64,000 nt of DNA. Origin: Pontiella sp. (GTDB lineage: Bacteria > Verrucomicrobiota > Kiritimatiellia > Kiritimatiellales > Pontiellaceae). Where the stretch lies: NCBI GenBank assembly GCA_050290185.1, contig JBNKHE010000007.1, positions 160,001 to 224,000 on the forward strand, given 5' to 3'. How positions within the stretch are numbered: position 1 is the first letter of the stretch; each line of letters starts with the position of its first letter. Positions 1 to 8,205 of the stretch are shown here, piece after piece. The translations under genes and the position numbers were made by a program. The notes below the pieces were generated by a model. The model was not told where the DNA came from and made no database searches. It was given only the letters and a program-made list of their open reading frames with translations.

Positions 1-2
1 TC

Positions 3-149
3 GTGGTGGATCCGTTCATGGGATCGGGCACCACGTTGCGCGCGGCTAAGGATCTGGGCCGGCGGGCGATCGGCATCGAGGCGGAAGAGTGCTTTTGCGA
101 GATCGCGGCGCGGAGCCTGGAGCAGGAACAACTCGGGCTGGGGGTGTAA
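3..149 (+). CDS. Phage DNA methyltransferase (N4/N6, beta class), C-terminal fragment cut by window edge
   Basis: Frame from position 3 reads [26 protein letters not shown]..., containing the DPFxGSGTT SAM-binding motif; TAA at 147-149. Not in the ORF track. Confidence 0.9.
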   Translation: MVDPFMGSGTTLRAAKDLGRRAIGIEAEECFCEIAARSLEQEQLGLGV

Positions 150-151
150 TC

Positions 152-349
152 ATGTGCGATTGCTGGATGGAAAAGGGCGTTAAACGGGTTGGGCGGTGCC
201 AGTACCGGTGCGCGGGGTGCGGCGCTGATATTTCGGACGTGTTCCTGATGGCGGCGGTTGCCGATGAGGCTTTTGCGGACGATCTAATTGAACGTGGGTC
301 TTTCACCACAGAGGGCACAGAGGGCCACAGAGAAAGGGAACAGGCATGA
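152..349 (+). CDS. Small Cys-rich phage hypothetical protein
   Basis: ATG 2 nt after the MTase stop; CxC and CxxC motifs; ATGA overlap with the next gene. Confidence 0.6.
   Translation: MCDCWMEKGVKRVGRCQYRCAGCGADISDVFLMAAVADEAFADDLIERGSFTTEGTEGHREREQA
305..333 (+). repeat. CACAGAG-unit repeat, copy 1
   Basis: accacagagggcacagag at 305-322 is identical to 4495-4512; related copy at 4003-4029. Confidence 0.8.
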
Positions 350-804
350 GACGGGACATTATTACGGTTGATGATGAGGGCGGCAGGGAGGCTTTAACAG
401 CGCCTTGCTTCGAGGTTCCGGAAGATCAGGCGATTATCAAGTCGCTGTTCGATGACCTGCTGGACACGGCGAAGTGGTGCGAGCAGCACCATACGATGGG
501 ATGCCTTGCGGTTTCGGCGAACCAGATAGGGGACCAGTACAACGCCTTTGTCATGAAGTTTGGCAGCGATTGGCTTTCGATCATGAATCCGATCGTTGTT
601 TCGGCATCGGACCAGAAGCGCCCGAGTGCCGAGCGGTGCCTGAGTCTACCGAAGCGCCCGGCCATTACGCGCATGCGGCACAAGGTCATAAAGATCCAAT
701 GGACCGACCCGGCCACGGGACGGGAGATGAGCCGGAAGTTCCACGACCGCGATGCGCGGGTGGTACAGCATGAGATGGATCATGGCCGCGGTGTGTTGAT
801 TTAA
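346..804 (+). CDS. def: Phage-encoded peptide deformylase-like protein
   Basis: Three PDF motifs in order: CLAVSANQIG (for GxGxAAxQ), ERCLS (for EGCLS) and QHEMDH (HExxH). Confidence 0.85.
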   Translation: MRRDIITVDDEGGREALTAPCFEVPEDQAIIKSLFDDLLDTAKWCEQHHTMGCLAVSANQIGDQYNAFVMKFGSDWLSIMNPIVVSASDQKRPSAERCLSLPKRPAITRMRHKVIKIQWTDPATGREMSRKFHDRDARVVQHEMDHGRGVLI

Positions 805-834
805 CCAATGGGATGAACAGGAAAGGGAAAAGCA

Positions 835-1251
835 ATGAAGATAGATACTGGAAATGTGGAACTCGAAGGCGTCGCAGTCTTTTCGGATGGGTCCGGAACT
901 GCGCTGGAAAATATAGAATGGGCGGAAAAGCACCTTACGAGGAGCGAAGAGGTGATTGCCACGCTGAAGCGCTTTATTGAGAAGCATCTGGAGACCTTGA
1001 AGGGGGTTTCTTGGTCAGTTGGGTATGGTGACGCAGAAATACTTCTTCGGCACGGTTCATATCTTGGAAAGCCCGCCTCTCCGAAGGATATCGCTCGGCT
1101 TTTCCCAAACGCCTGCTGGAAGCGCGAGCAGAAATCATACGACCGCGAGAATATCCATTATGTCGCTGAAGTTGATGGTGTGACGCTCCGCATTGAGTGC
1201 GCCGAGAAGGTTCCCAATCCTACCGCAAAAACCGGTAGGGTGGAGCTGTGA
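835..1251 (+). CDS. Phage hypothetical protein
   Basis: 138-aa ORF with purine-rich RBS; GTGA overlap with the next gene. Confidence 0.7.
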   Translation: MKIDTGNVELEGVAVFSDGSGTALENIEWAEKHLTRSEEVIATLKRFIEKHLETLKGVSWSVGYGDAEILLRHGSYLGKPASPKDIARLFPNACWKREQKSYDRENIHYVAEVDGVTLRIECAEKVPNPTAKTGRVEL

Positions 1252-2906
1252 AGGCATTAACGATCAAACAGCCTTGGGCGTGGTGCATTGTTGCGGACGC
1301 GATACCGGACAACCTGAAAAAGGACGTTGAGAACCGTTCACGCCGGCTGGGTCATCGCGGCATGTTGGCGATCCATGCAGGCAAGTCATTCGATGATGAG
1401 GGCTATGACTTCATTAAACGTGAATTTCAGGACATCGAGCTTCCATCAAAGGATGAATTTCAAATGGGCGGAATAGTCGGCGTGGTGGACATGGTTGATT
1501 GCGTTGAGCAGTCGGAAAGCCGCTGGTTCTTCGGGCCGTTCGGCTATGTCTTCGAGGAAGCGGTGGAGATCGAATTAATTCCAATGACTGGGAAGCAGGG
1601 GCTTTTCGAGGTTGGTGAAATTAAAATTAAACGGAAGGGAACGGAACAAATGGCAGAAGAAAAAACAGTTGAAGAAGTCGAGCGCGGTGCATGCGGCAAC
1701 AAGGGATGCAATTTCCATGATGATAATCTTCCGGAGAATTGCGGCGGAGCCAATTCGGCAGGTGATCCGGTTTTTTCTGATTGTGAAAAGTGGATGCTTT
1801 GCATCGATTCGCTGCCGAAGGCGGACGTTGTTTCGAAGACGGCGCGGAAGCTGCCGGTAAGGTTGAACGATGCCCAGATCGCCGAACGTGCGCGGGAAGC
1901 GGCGGATATTGTGCACAGTGCCCGCGAACTGGAAGAGAAGATTTCGGCGCTGAAAAAGAGTTACGGCGATACCATCAAGAGTCTACGTGTCCGGGCTGAT
2001 GAACTGAGCGAGGAAATCCATTGCGGCGAGATCGAGCTAAACGTGGATTGCCTGATTCGCAAGACGTTCGACACCGGCCTTTATGAAGTGATCCGGCTGG
2101 ATAACAACACGGTCATTGAATCCCGCCCTCTGAATCCCGATGAACTGCAGGCGGAACTGGATATGTGGCTGGGTCTGGATGAGACCGGCGAATTGATGGA
2201 TATGGCGGAGGCCTTCATCCGGTCAACGAAGCGCGCGACTGCGAGCCATCTACAGCGCAAGTTTGGTCTGGGAGTGAACCAGGCTGAAACGTTGATTATC
2301 GAGCTGGCCCAGCGCGGTGTGCTTGGCCCTGCCGATGACAAGGGCGAGCGCGCGATTCTTGAAATCGAAGCAGAGGAACCGCCCGCCGATCCGGAGGAGG
2401 ATGAAACCTTTCGCGCGGTGTTCGAGGCGCAGGTTCAGGATGCGATTGAGCTCATTCGCAAGTCGGGGCGTGTTTCCACGGCCATGGTACAGCGCGGCCT
2501 TAAGCTGGGTTATACGCGCGTCTGCAAGATTATGGATGAACTCGAAGACCGGAAGATCATCGGGCCGGTGAAGGATAATGCCCCGCGCGATATCCTCATC
2601 GAGGTTGAAGTGCCCGAGCTCGGAAACCCGTTTGAGCTGGTGAACGCCGCGGCATCGATCGTTGAGGCGCTTATGCAGCGCCGTGAAGAACTGAAGCAGC
2701 TCCCGGGCGATTATGAAGAGGCGATCGGTGCCTATAAGCTGGCGGTGCTTGAAGAGATGGAGAAAACGAAGGGCGAGCCACTTAATACTGCCCTTGATCT
2801 TGCCCGGAAAGTCGAAGCCGATGGCGGCGCCGCAATTGAGGTCAGCATGATGCTGGTTGCCGGCCTTGAAGTGAGCGAGGAAAAGCCCAAATCCGAGGAA
2901 GAGTGA
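1248..2906 (+). CDS. ASCH domain protein fused to a coiled-coil region and two FtsK-gamma-like winged-helix domains
   Basis: N-terminal KALTIKQPWAW...KDVENR...IHAGK (ASCH). Two segments, ATASHLQRKFGLGVNQAETLIIELAQRGVLGP and VSTAMVQRGLKLGYTRVCKIMDELEDRKIIGP, match the FtsK-gamma pattern. Possible internal ATG at 1650. Confidence 0.8.
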   Translation: MKALTIKQPWAWCIVADAIPDNLKKDVENRSRRLGHRGMLAIHAGKSFDDEGYDFIKREFQDIELPSKDEFQMGGIVGVVDMVDCVEQSESRWFFGPFGYVFEEAVEIELIPMTGKQGLFEVGEIKIKRKGTEQMAEEKTVEEVERGACGNKGCNFHDDNLPENCGGANSAGDPVFSDCEKWMLCIDSLPKADVVSKTARKLPVRLNDAQIAERAREAADIVHSARELEEKISALKKSYGDTIKSLRVRADELSEEIHCGEIELNVDCLIRKTFDTGLYEVIRLDNNTVIESRPLNPDELQAELDMWLGLDETGELMDMAEAFIRSTKRATASHLQRKFGLGVNQAETLIIELAQRGVLGPADDKGERAILEIEAEEPPADPEEDETFRAVFEAQVQDAIELIRKSGRVSTAMVQRGLKLGYTRVCKIMDELEDRKIIGPVKDNAPRDILIEVEVPELGNPFELVNAAASIVEALMQRREELKQLPGDYEEAIGAYKLAVLEEMEKTKGEPLNTALDLARKVEADGGAAIEVSMMLVAGLEVSEEKPKSEEE

Positions 2907-3364
2907 TGAGCACGGTTTTCGGAGTTTTAGGGGCGCTGGTATTGTCACTTATATTCATGGTTTGGTTACGCTGCATTGCTTGTTTCGTGGTTAAGGCAAT
3001 GGTGCCTGAAATAAAAGAAGCTGAAAAACGGCGTATTCTTATCTCAATGTATCATGCCTCTTGGTGGTATTCGGAAAGTCCGGAGGCCATGCTGGCAATT
3101 CAGACGTTACGGGATCAGTTGGCGCGCGGTAATATCTACCACAACCAGTTGGATCCGCGCGAAGCATGGCGCAAGGCCATTGAAGAGCTGCCGAAAGCGC
3201 CATCCGAATTGGATCGGTTGCGGGAAATCGTAAAGCGCATGGATATGGCGGCTCCGGTTGCCGATGATTCGTGTGATGAACCGGGAATATCGCTTTCCGA
3301 GGCCTACCGCCGGCAGTTGATCGATGAAGGGCATCCGCTATTCACGGAAGGCGGTGCGGCATGA
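2903..3364 (+). CDS. Phage hypothetical protein with N-terminal membrane segment
   Basis: Hydrophobic first ~30 aa; overlaps both neighbours by 4 nt. Confidence 0.65.
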   Translation: MMSTVFGVLGALVLSLIFMVWLRCIACFVVKAMVPEIKEAEKRRILISMYHASWWYSESPEAMLAIQTLRDQLARGNIYHNQLDPREAWRKAIEELPKAPSELDRLREIVKRMDMAAPVADDSCDEPGISLSEAYRRQLIDEGHPLFTEGGAA

Positions 3365-3993
3365 GCTACACGCCGATGGTTAGCGGGGCGAAGGTGGATC
3401 TTCTGAATCCCGCTCCTGAGTCTATCCGGCTGCTGGATATGTCGATCGGTCTGGGGCGGTTGCCGCGGTATCTTGGGCAATACGACGCACCGCACTACTC
3501 GGTTGCCGAGCATTGCGTGGTGATGGCGCTCCAGGCACCGCGAGAGGAGGCGATTTATCATCTGTTGCATGACGGCCACGAGTATGTGACCGGAGATATG
3601 CCGCACCCCATGAAACAGCTGTTCCCCGGCGTGGTCGAGATCGAGGAGCGGATCCAGTCCGCCATCTATAAAAGCATGAATCTGGATGAGCCGAGTACGG
3701 AGCTGAAGGAACGGATTCACCTCTTTGATATGCGGATGCGGTCAACCGAAAAGCTGTTGATTATCAACGATGATACCGAGTGGGACCATTCAGATCATGC
3801 GCCGCCATTCGACGTGAGGTTGCTGTGCTGGGACTCGGAAACCGCGGCCAGCAAATGGATGGCGCTCTTCGCGGATATCTATGCCGAATACATCCGCAAC
3901 CGCCAAGCGGCGGCTTATAGGAATCTGGATGTTAGGACGGCGGAACAGCGCCGTCGGGATTCCGAGCAGCATTATCAAGGAAAGGTGCGGTAG
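3361..3993 (+). CDS. HD-domain phosphohydrolase (YfbR/YfdR-like deoxynucleotidase)
   Basis: RYLG...YSVAEH...LLHDGHEYVTGD motif set typical of phage HD nucleotidases. Confidence 0.85.
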   Translation: MSYTPMVSGAKVDLLNPAPESIRLLDMSIGLGRLPRYLGQYDAPHYSVAEHCVVMALQAPREEAIYHLLHDGHEYVTGDMPHPMKQLFPGVVEIEERIQSAIYKSMNLDEPSTELKERIHLFDMRMRSTEKLLIINDDTEWDHSDHAPPFDVRLLCWDSETAASKWMALFADIYAEYIRNRQAAAYRNLDVRTAEQRRRDSEQHYQGKVR

Positions 3994-4002
3994 GGATTTT
4001 CT

Positions 4003-4029
4003 CACACAGAGAGCACAGAGGCACGGAGA
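4003..4029 (+). repeat. CACAGAG-unit repeat, copy 2
   Basis: cacacagagagcacagaggcacggaga running into an ATG. Confidence 0.7.
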
Positions 4030-4178
4030 TGGATCAGGAACCACTTAATAAGCAGAAGACACCTAATATTTGTACCGAGTGCATGGCGCGTGAGTTTTGC
4101 AGCAGGCGCGTGCTGGTGGAGGGGTTCCTTAAGGTTTGCAGTTATCGGATTCATAAAGACGAAGGCGGTGCGGAATGA
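4029..4178 (+). CDS. 49-aa four-cysteine phage protein (below ORF track cutoff)
   Basis: MDQEPLNKQKTPNICTECMAREFCSRRVLVEGFLKVCSYRIHKDEGGAE; fills the gap and ends in an ATGA overlap with the next gene. Confidence 0.65.
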   Translation: MDQEPLNKQKTPNICTECMAREFCSRRVLVEGFLKVCSYRIHKDEGGAE

Positions 4179-4495
4179 AGCGGAACATGCACGAGAACAG
4201 TTTGGCGGCCTACGGTCAGGAGCGGGCGCATCTTAGCGATCGCGCCTTCCGGATTTACAAGCTGCTGGCTGAGCATCCGGAGCCGATGACCGATCGGCAG
4301 ATTATGGAGACGCTGGGCTTTCATGAGCCGAATGCGGTACGGCCTCGAATTACCGAGCTGGTGAACAAGCATGGTCTGGTTTGCGAGGTGGGGAAGGTGT
4401 GCTGTCCGGTGACCGGCAAGGCGGTGCGGGAAGTTCAGGCGAAGGTGCATGTATTTCAGGAGGATGCGGCGGGGCAGGGTGCATTTAATTTTTAA
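4175..4495 (+). CDS. Phage winged-helix-like hypothetical protein
   Basis: MTDRQIMETLG...NAVRPRITELV HTH-like pattern. Confidence 0.7.
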   Translation: MKRNMHENSLAAYGQERAHLSDRAFRIYKLLAEHPEPMTDRQIMETLGFHEPNAVRPRITELVNKHGLVCEVGKVCCPVTGKAVREVQAKVHVFQEDAAGQGAFNF

Positions 4496-4512
4496 CCACA
4501 GAGGGCACAGAG
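4495..4512 (+). repeat. CACAGAG-unit repeat, copy 3
   Basis: Exact 18-bp match to 305-322, directly abutting ATG 4513. Confidence 0.8.
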
Positions 4513-4731
4513 ATGAAGGTAGGAGATTTAGTAAGGCCTAAAAGTTTCGACCACCAGTTAGCCTCTGGTTGTTGCAGATATGATTTTGCTGTTGTTGTGA
4601 GAATGGAGCCCTTTGCCCTGGTATCCGAAAAAGCGGACATGCTTTGGATGTGTACGGTTAAGGCTGAAAACTTCGAGGTGTTTGGAACAGCAACGCCAGA
4701 AATGCTCAAAAGATGTATGGAGCGGATTTGA
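4513..4731 (+). CDS. Phage hypothetical protein (KOW/SH3-like start MKVGDLV)
   Basis: 72-aa ORF filling the gap in the operon. Confidence 0.65.
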   Translation: MKVGDLVRPKSFDHQLASGCCRYDFAVVVRMEPFALVSEKADMLWMCTVKAENFEVFGTATPEMLKRCMERI

Positions 4732-4734
4732 TAA

Positions 4735-5193
4735 ATGAGTACTAAGGCGGGGGCGTTACCACAAAACATCATCGATGCCATGCAACCGGCAGACCGCAAG
4801 CGGCTGGGCCTGAAGAGCACGGATGAACGTGACCAGGCGATCGAGGCCAAGGCGGAAGATGATATTCAGCGGGCGGTTGAGGCGTATTGCGTCCATCTGG
4901 GCTTCGAGAAGCTGATTGCGGAGAACATCCAGCGCGCCGAGGTGCGCCGTGGATATCCGCAGCGCGGGTGGCAATTCCACCTTTCCAAGCTGGGGGCGAA
5001 GAGGAATCCCACGCTTCCGGACATTACCCTTTTTGATTGCAAGACCGGGCGCTTCCTTTGGCTGGAGTTGAAGGCCAAGGGCGGTAAGGCGCGCCCGTTG
5101 CAGGCGGTATTGATTAAGTGCGGTTTCTGGCGCGTGTCCTACAGTGCCGAGGAGGCCTTCGGGATCGTGCAGGATTGGTTGGCAAATGGGTGA
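4735..5193 (+). CDS. VRR-NUC-like PD-(D/E)xK nuclease
   Basis: LPDITLFD...FLWLELKAKGGK...LQ pattern. Confidence 0.75.
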   Translation: MSTKAGALPQNIIDAMQPADRKRLGLKSTDERDQAIEAKAEDDIQRAVEAYCVHLGFEKLIAENIQRAEVRRGYPQRGWQFHLSKLGAKRNPTLPDITLFDCKTGRFLWLELKAKGGKARPLQAVLIKCGFWRVSYSAEEAFGIVQDWLANG

Positions 5194-5746
5194 TTTGTTT
5201 CCAGGGGCCGGATATTCACACGCTGACTTGGTGCTACGCGCTGAGAAGTGGCTTTATGCTTTCGGGTGCAACGTGGTTTTCCGCGAATTTGTCGCCTACA
5301 CGCCGTCTGGAGAAATTCCAGACGCGATCGGGTGGAAAAGCGGCTTTTCAATACTGATTGAATGCAAAGCCAGCCGCTCGGATTTCCTAGCCGATAAAAA
5401 GAAGCTTTTCAGGAAATATCCAGAGCACGGAATCGGTAGCAGTCGCCTCTATATGTGCCCGCCAGACATAATCCAACCCGAAGACCTTCCGGAGGGCTGG
5501 GGTTTATTGTGGGTGCGTGGAAAGACGGTCGAGCGCGTGGTTGCGCCGAAGGGCAACACCTTCCACCGCTCACCACTGAAGCATTTTCAAGAACGCAGTA
5601 TGCAGGGCGAGGTGGCTTTGTTGGTCTCCGCCGTTCGGCGGCTGAAGATACGCGGTCATTTAGATGAGATTTATGAACCCATGCCGTCAACGCATCGACC
5701 AGTTGAAAGATCGGCGGACTGGTTCATGAAAGGTAGCGGGATTTAG
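5186..5746 (+). CDS. PD-(D/E)xK (MmcB-like) phage nuclease-fold protein
   Basis: EIPDAIGW...LIECKASRSDFLAD...EDLPEGWGLL; ATG at 5186 overlaps the previous gene. Confidence 0.75.
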   Translation: MGDLFPGAGYSHADLVLRAEKWLYAFGCNVVFREFVAYTPSGEIPDAIGWKSGFSILIECKASRSDFLADKKKLFRKYPEHGIGSSRLYMCPPDIIQPEDLPEGWGLLWVRGKTVERVVAPKGNTFHRSPLKHFQERSMQGEVALLVSAVRRLKIRGHLDEIYEPMPSTHRPVERSADWFMKGSGI

Positions 5747-5747
5747 T

Positions 5748-5763
5748 TTGGCACAGTAGGTGC
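5748..5763 (+). promoter_or_regulatory. Possible sigma-54-type promoter
   Basis: TTGGCACAGTAGGTGC gives GG-N10-GC with a TGGCAC core, intergenic, about 30 nt before ATG 5795. Confidence 0.35.
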
Positions 5764-5794
5764 GCGTGCGCGCCCATTAAGAGAGCGGGAAGAT

Positions 5795-6976
5795 ATGGCG
5801 GATAATTATTTTCAGAAGACGGGACACGACATCCATTTGAAGAATCAGGTGTTCATGAATCTTCCCCTTGAGGCGCATGGCATGTATTCGAAGATGCGCT
5901 ATTTCTACGGGCCCGAGTTGCGGGTGGACGGTACGTTCCCGCTGGGGGCGAAGCAGCGGGCTACGCTGGCCGATCTCCTTTTGTTCTTTGGTGATGGCAC
6001 CAAGAAGCGCCGTGATGAGCTGAAATCCCATATGGATGGGTTGGTGCTGGCCGGCGTGGTGAAGCTATCTGGTAAATCGAACACGGTTGTTCTGTGCACC
6101 GCCCAGGATGAGCAGGAACTCGGGCGGAACCGTCAGACGTATGATAAGCGCGATCAGCGCGCGAAGGTGTTTTATGAGCGGGTGGAGCGTATTCGCCGCA
6201 GGATCGTTTCCTATGTTAAGGCGGACAATGGCTCGGACCTTGGGCGGTTTCGCAAGTGGGTATGTTGCGAGGTGGATTGCAAGGGCCGTACGGCAGACCG
6301 GATCATGCAGCGCCTTGTTGAGGATGGGGTGATCGAGTTTGATATAGAGCAGGGTGTTGTTTCTTTCCTTTCCCTCGATGGTACGCTCGCTACGCTCGCT
6401 CGCCCCCCTGTTGCTGGAGCTGGAAAAGCTGGATCTGGGCAAGACCAGTCCTCCGGACATGTCTTGCAGAACCAGAACCAGAAACCAGAACCAGAGAGAG
6501 AGAGGGGATATTCATCCCCCCAGCTGAAAGCTGGTCAGCTGGGGCGGGGTCCGAACGATTCTGGCGAATCGCCCGGAGCCTCCCCGCCTGGTGCTGGTAG
6601 GGGGGCGAGCGAGCGTAGCGAGGATAACGGCGGGCCGCCGGTCGATCCTTCGGAGTCAAGAGACTGGATGTATCAGCCAGGCGATGCCTACAGCGTTCCC
6701 GATCCCGTCCATGCCGCAATCATTTACCTGCGCACCAAGCCGGGATGGCAGGAACGTTCCGGCCAAGGGAAGAACGATGCGAGCTCAAGGCGCATCCTGT
6801 TAGCAAAGTGGACGGCGCTCAAAAATGAGATCGGGCCCGAGGCCGCGGACATGATGTGGCGCGATCATCTGCGCGATATTTTCGAGGATGGGTATGACAA
6901 GACGTGGAACAGCTTTATCAAGATATTCATTTCCCGTCTCAACAAGGCAATGCTTCACCTTCCGGGGGGTAGATGA
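5795..6976 (+). CDS. Putative phage replication initiator / replisome organiser
   Basis: 393 aa; HTH-like middle region; low-complexity linker (QNQNQKPEPERER) with embedded DNA repeats; typical position before late-control genes. Confidence 0.55.
   Translation: MADNYFQKTGHDIHLKNQVFMNLPLEAHGMYSKMRYFYGPELRVDGTFPLGAKQRATLADLLLFFGDGTKKRRDELKSHMDGLVLAGVVKLSGKSNTVVLCTAQDEQELGRNRQTYDKRDQRAKVFYERVERIRRRIVSYVKADNGSDLGRFRKWVCCEVDCKGRTADRIMQRLVEDGVIEFDIEQGVVSFLSLDGTLATLARPPVAGAGKAGSGQDQSSGHVLQNQNQKPEPERERGYSSPQLKAGQLGRGPNDSGESPGASPPGAGRGASERSEDNGGPPVDPSESRDWMYQPGDAYSVPDPVHAAIIYLRTKPGWQERSGQGKNDASSRRILLAKWTALKNEIGPEAADMMWRDHLRDIFEDGYDKTWNSFIKIFISRLNKAMLHLPGGR
6386..6622. repeat. Perfect 24-bp inverted repeat (6386-6409 / 6599-6622) enclosing GCTGG and CCAGAA short repeats
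   Basis: ctcgctacgctcgctcgcccccct and its exact reverse complement aggggggcgagcgagcgtagcgag. Confidence 0.9.
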
Positions 6977-7446
6977 TGGATAATCATGACCGTGAATACC
7001 TGGACGCATGGGAAGACCTCACCCCGGCACAAATTAGGGAGATGAAGGCCGCCGGCATCACCGGCCCGCAACTGATGAGCTATACCACGTTGCGGCCTGA
7101 ATGTACGCACGAAGCATCCGTTCCGCCGGCGGAGCCTTTCGCCAAACAGGTTGACGAGGAAAGAATTTATGAGGTGGTTCGCCGTTTGGTTGGCGAGCTG
7201 CTGGGGCAGACGAACCCGGCGCTTGCGCTTGAGTGCCTGAGTCTGGTGACGGGCATCGGGTACATGGGCAACTCGATGACCGAGATTGCCAAGCGGCATG
7301 GGGTAGGACGTGCGGCAGTTAGCAAGCGATGTGTTCAGCTGTGTGATGCCATCGGGATTGAACCTCCCAGGGCAATGAGATCGAAGAAAGCGAGGAAGAG
7401 TTATGGAGAGCGTGCACGAAATCAGCACAACAAACACGAGCATTGA
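6973..7446 (+). CDS. HTH protein (sigma region 4-like), possible late regulator
   Basis: SMTEIAKRHGVGRAAVSKRC helix-turn-helix. Confidence 0.7.
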   Translation: MMDNHDREYLDAWEDLTPAQIREMKAAGITGPQLMSYTTLRPECTHEASVPPAEPFAKQVDEERIYEVVRRLVGELLGQTNPALALECLSLVTGIGYMGNSMTEIAKRHGVGRAAVSKRCVQLCDAIGIEPPRAMRSKKARKSYGERARNQHNKHEH

Positions 7447-8029
7447 TATATCGCGCATGGGGATCCGGTTCTCCGGTGAGATATCATCGGAGCAATGGGA
7501 AGCGCTCGGGGTAAAGCTCAGTTCCGCCTCGCGCTCGCTCGGGTTCATGATCGGTGATTGGGTCAATGCGGCGGTTGATGGCATGGAAAGCGATGACCGG
7601 TTCGGCAAGGCGATTGAGATGACGGGGCTCGACTACAACACCATTCAACGCTTCTGCCGCGTCGCATCGTTGATCGAGATTGATAGCCGCATTGAATCGC
7701 TTTCATGGGAACACCACCGGATTGTCTCTACCCTTCCGCCGGTGGTGCGTGATGAGTGGCTGGCGTTGGCTGCAAAGCATGGCATGAGCAAACGCCGCCT
7801 TCAGCGCTCACTCAATGCTGGGCGCGTGGTCGATGTCGATGAGATGAAGGCGGCGCCATCGCAGAAGATTGAGACCGTGCATCCGTTTGTTAATCGCACG
7901 GTCGGATTGTTTGTGCGTTGGAAGAAAAGCGGATGGCTGAAGAAGCAGAGCCCCGACCAGCTCCAACGCTTGCGCGCCGATCTTGAGCCCGTCGTGGCGA
8001 TATACAAGGAGCTTGGTGGCGATGTGTAA
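7403..8029 (+). CDS. LmbU-like phage DNA-binding protein
   Basis: ISSEQWEALG...FMIGDW...LSWEHHR...WLALA...SKRRL pattern. Confidence 0.6.
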   Translation: MESVHEISTTNTSIDISRMGIRFSGEISSEQWEALGVKLSSASRSLGFMIGDWVNAAVDGMESDDRFGKAIEMTGLDYNTIQRFCRVASLIEIDSRIESLSWEHHRIVSTLPPVVRDEWLALAAKHGMSKRRLQRSLNAGRVVDVDEMKAAPSQKIETVHPFVNRTVGLFVRWKKSGWLKKQSPDQLQRLRADLEPVVAIYKELGGDV

Positions 8030-8205
8030 GGGCAAAAGGAATCTATTTGACGGATTTCCACCGCAGGTTCCGGACGCTTCATCACGCTGGAAACCCGAGA
8101 GTGGTATTTTTTCTGATGTTACATGTTTTTCGCGCGCAGGGGTCTTTCGCCACGCGTGCGCGCGCGAGGTGTAACCTGTTACGCGTTTTCATTTTTGGGT
8201 AGGTG

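Noticed and set aside
3361..3993. Z-genome (2-aminoadenine) pathway
   Set aside because: An HD hydrolase alone is insufficient; no PurZ or MazZ-like gene is visible in this window.
8030..8200. cos/packaging site upstream of the small terminase
   Set aside because: The position is plausible and GC-rich dyads are present, but I cannot define a cut site from sequence alone.
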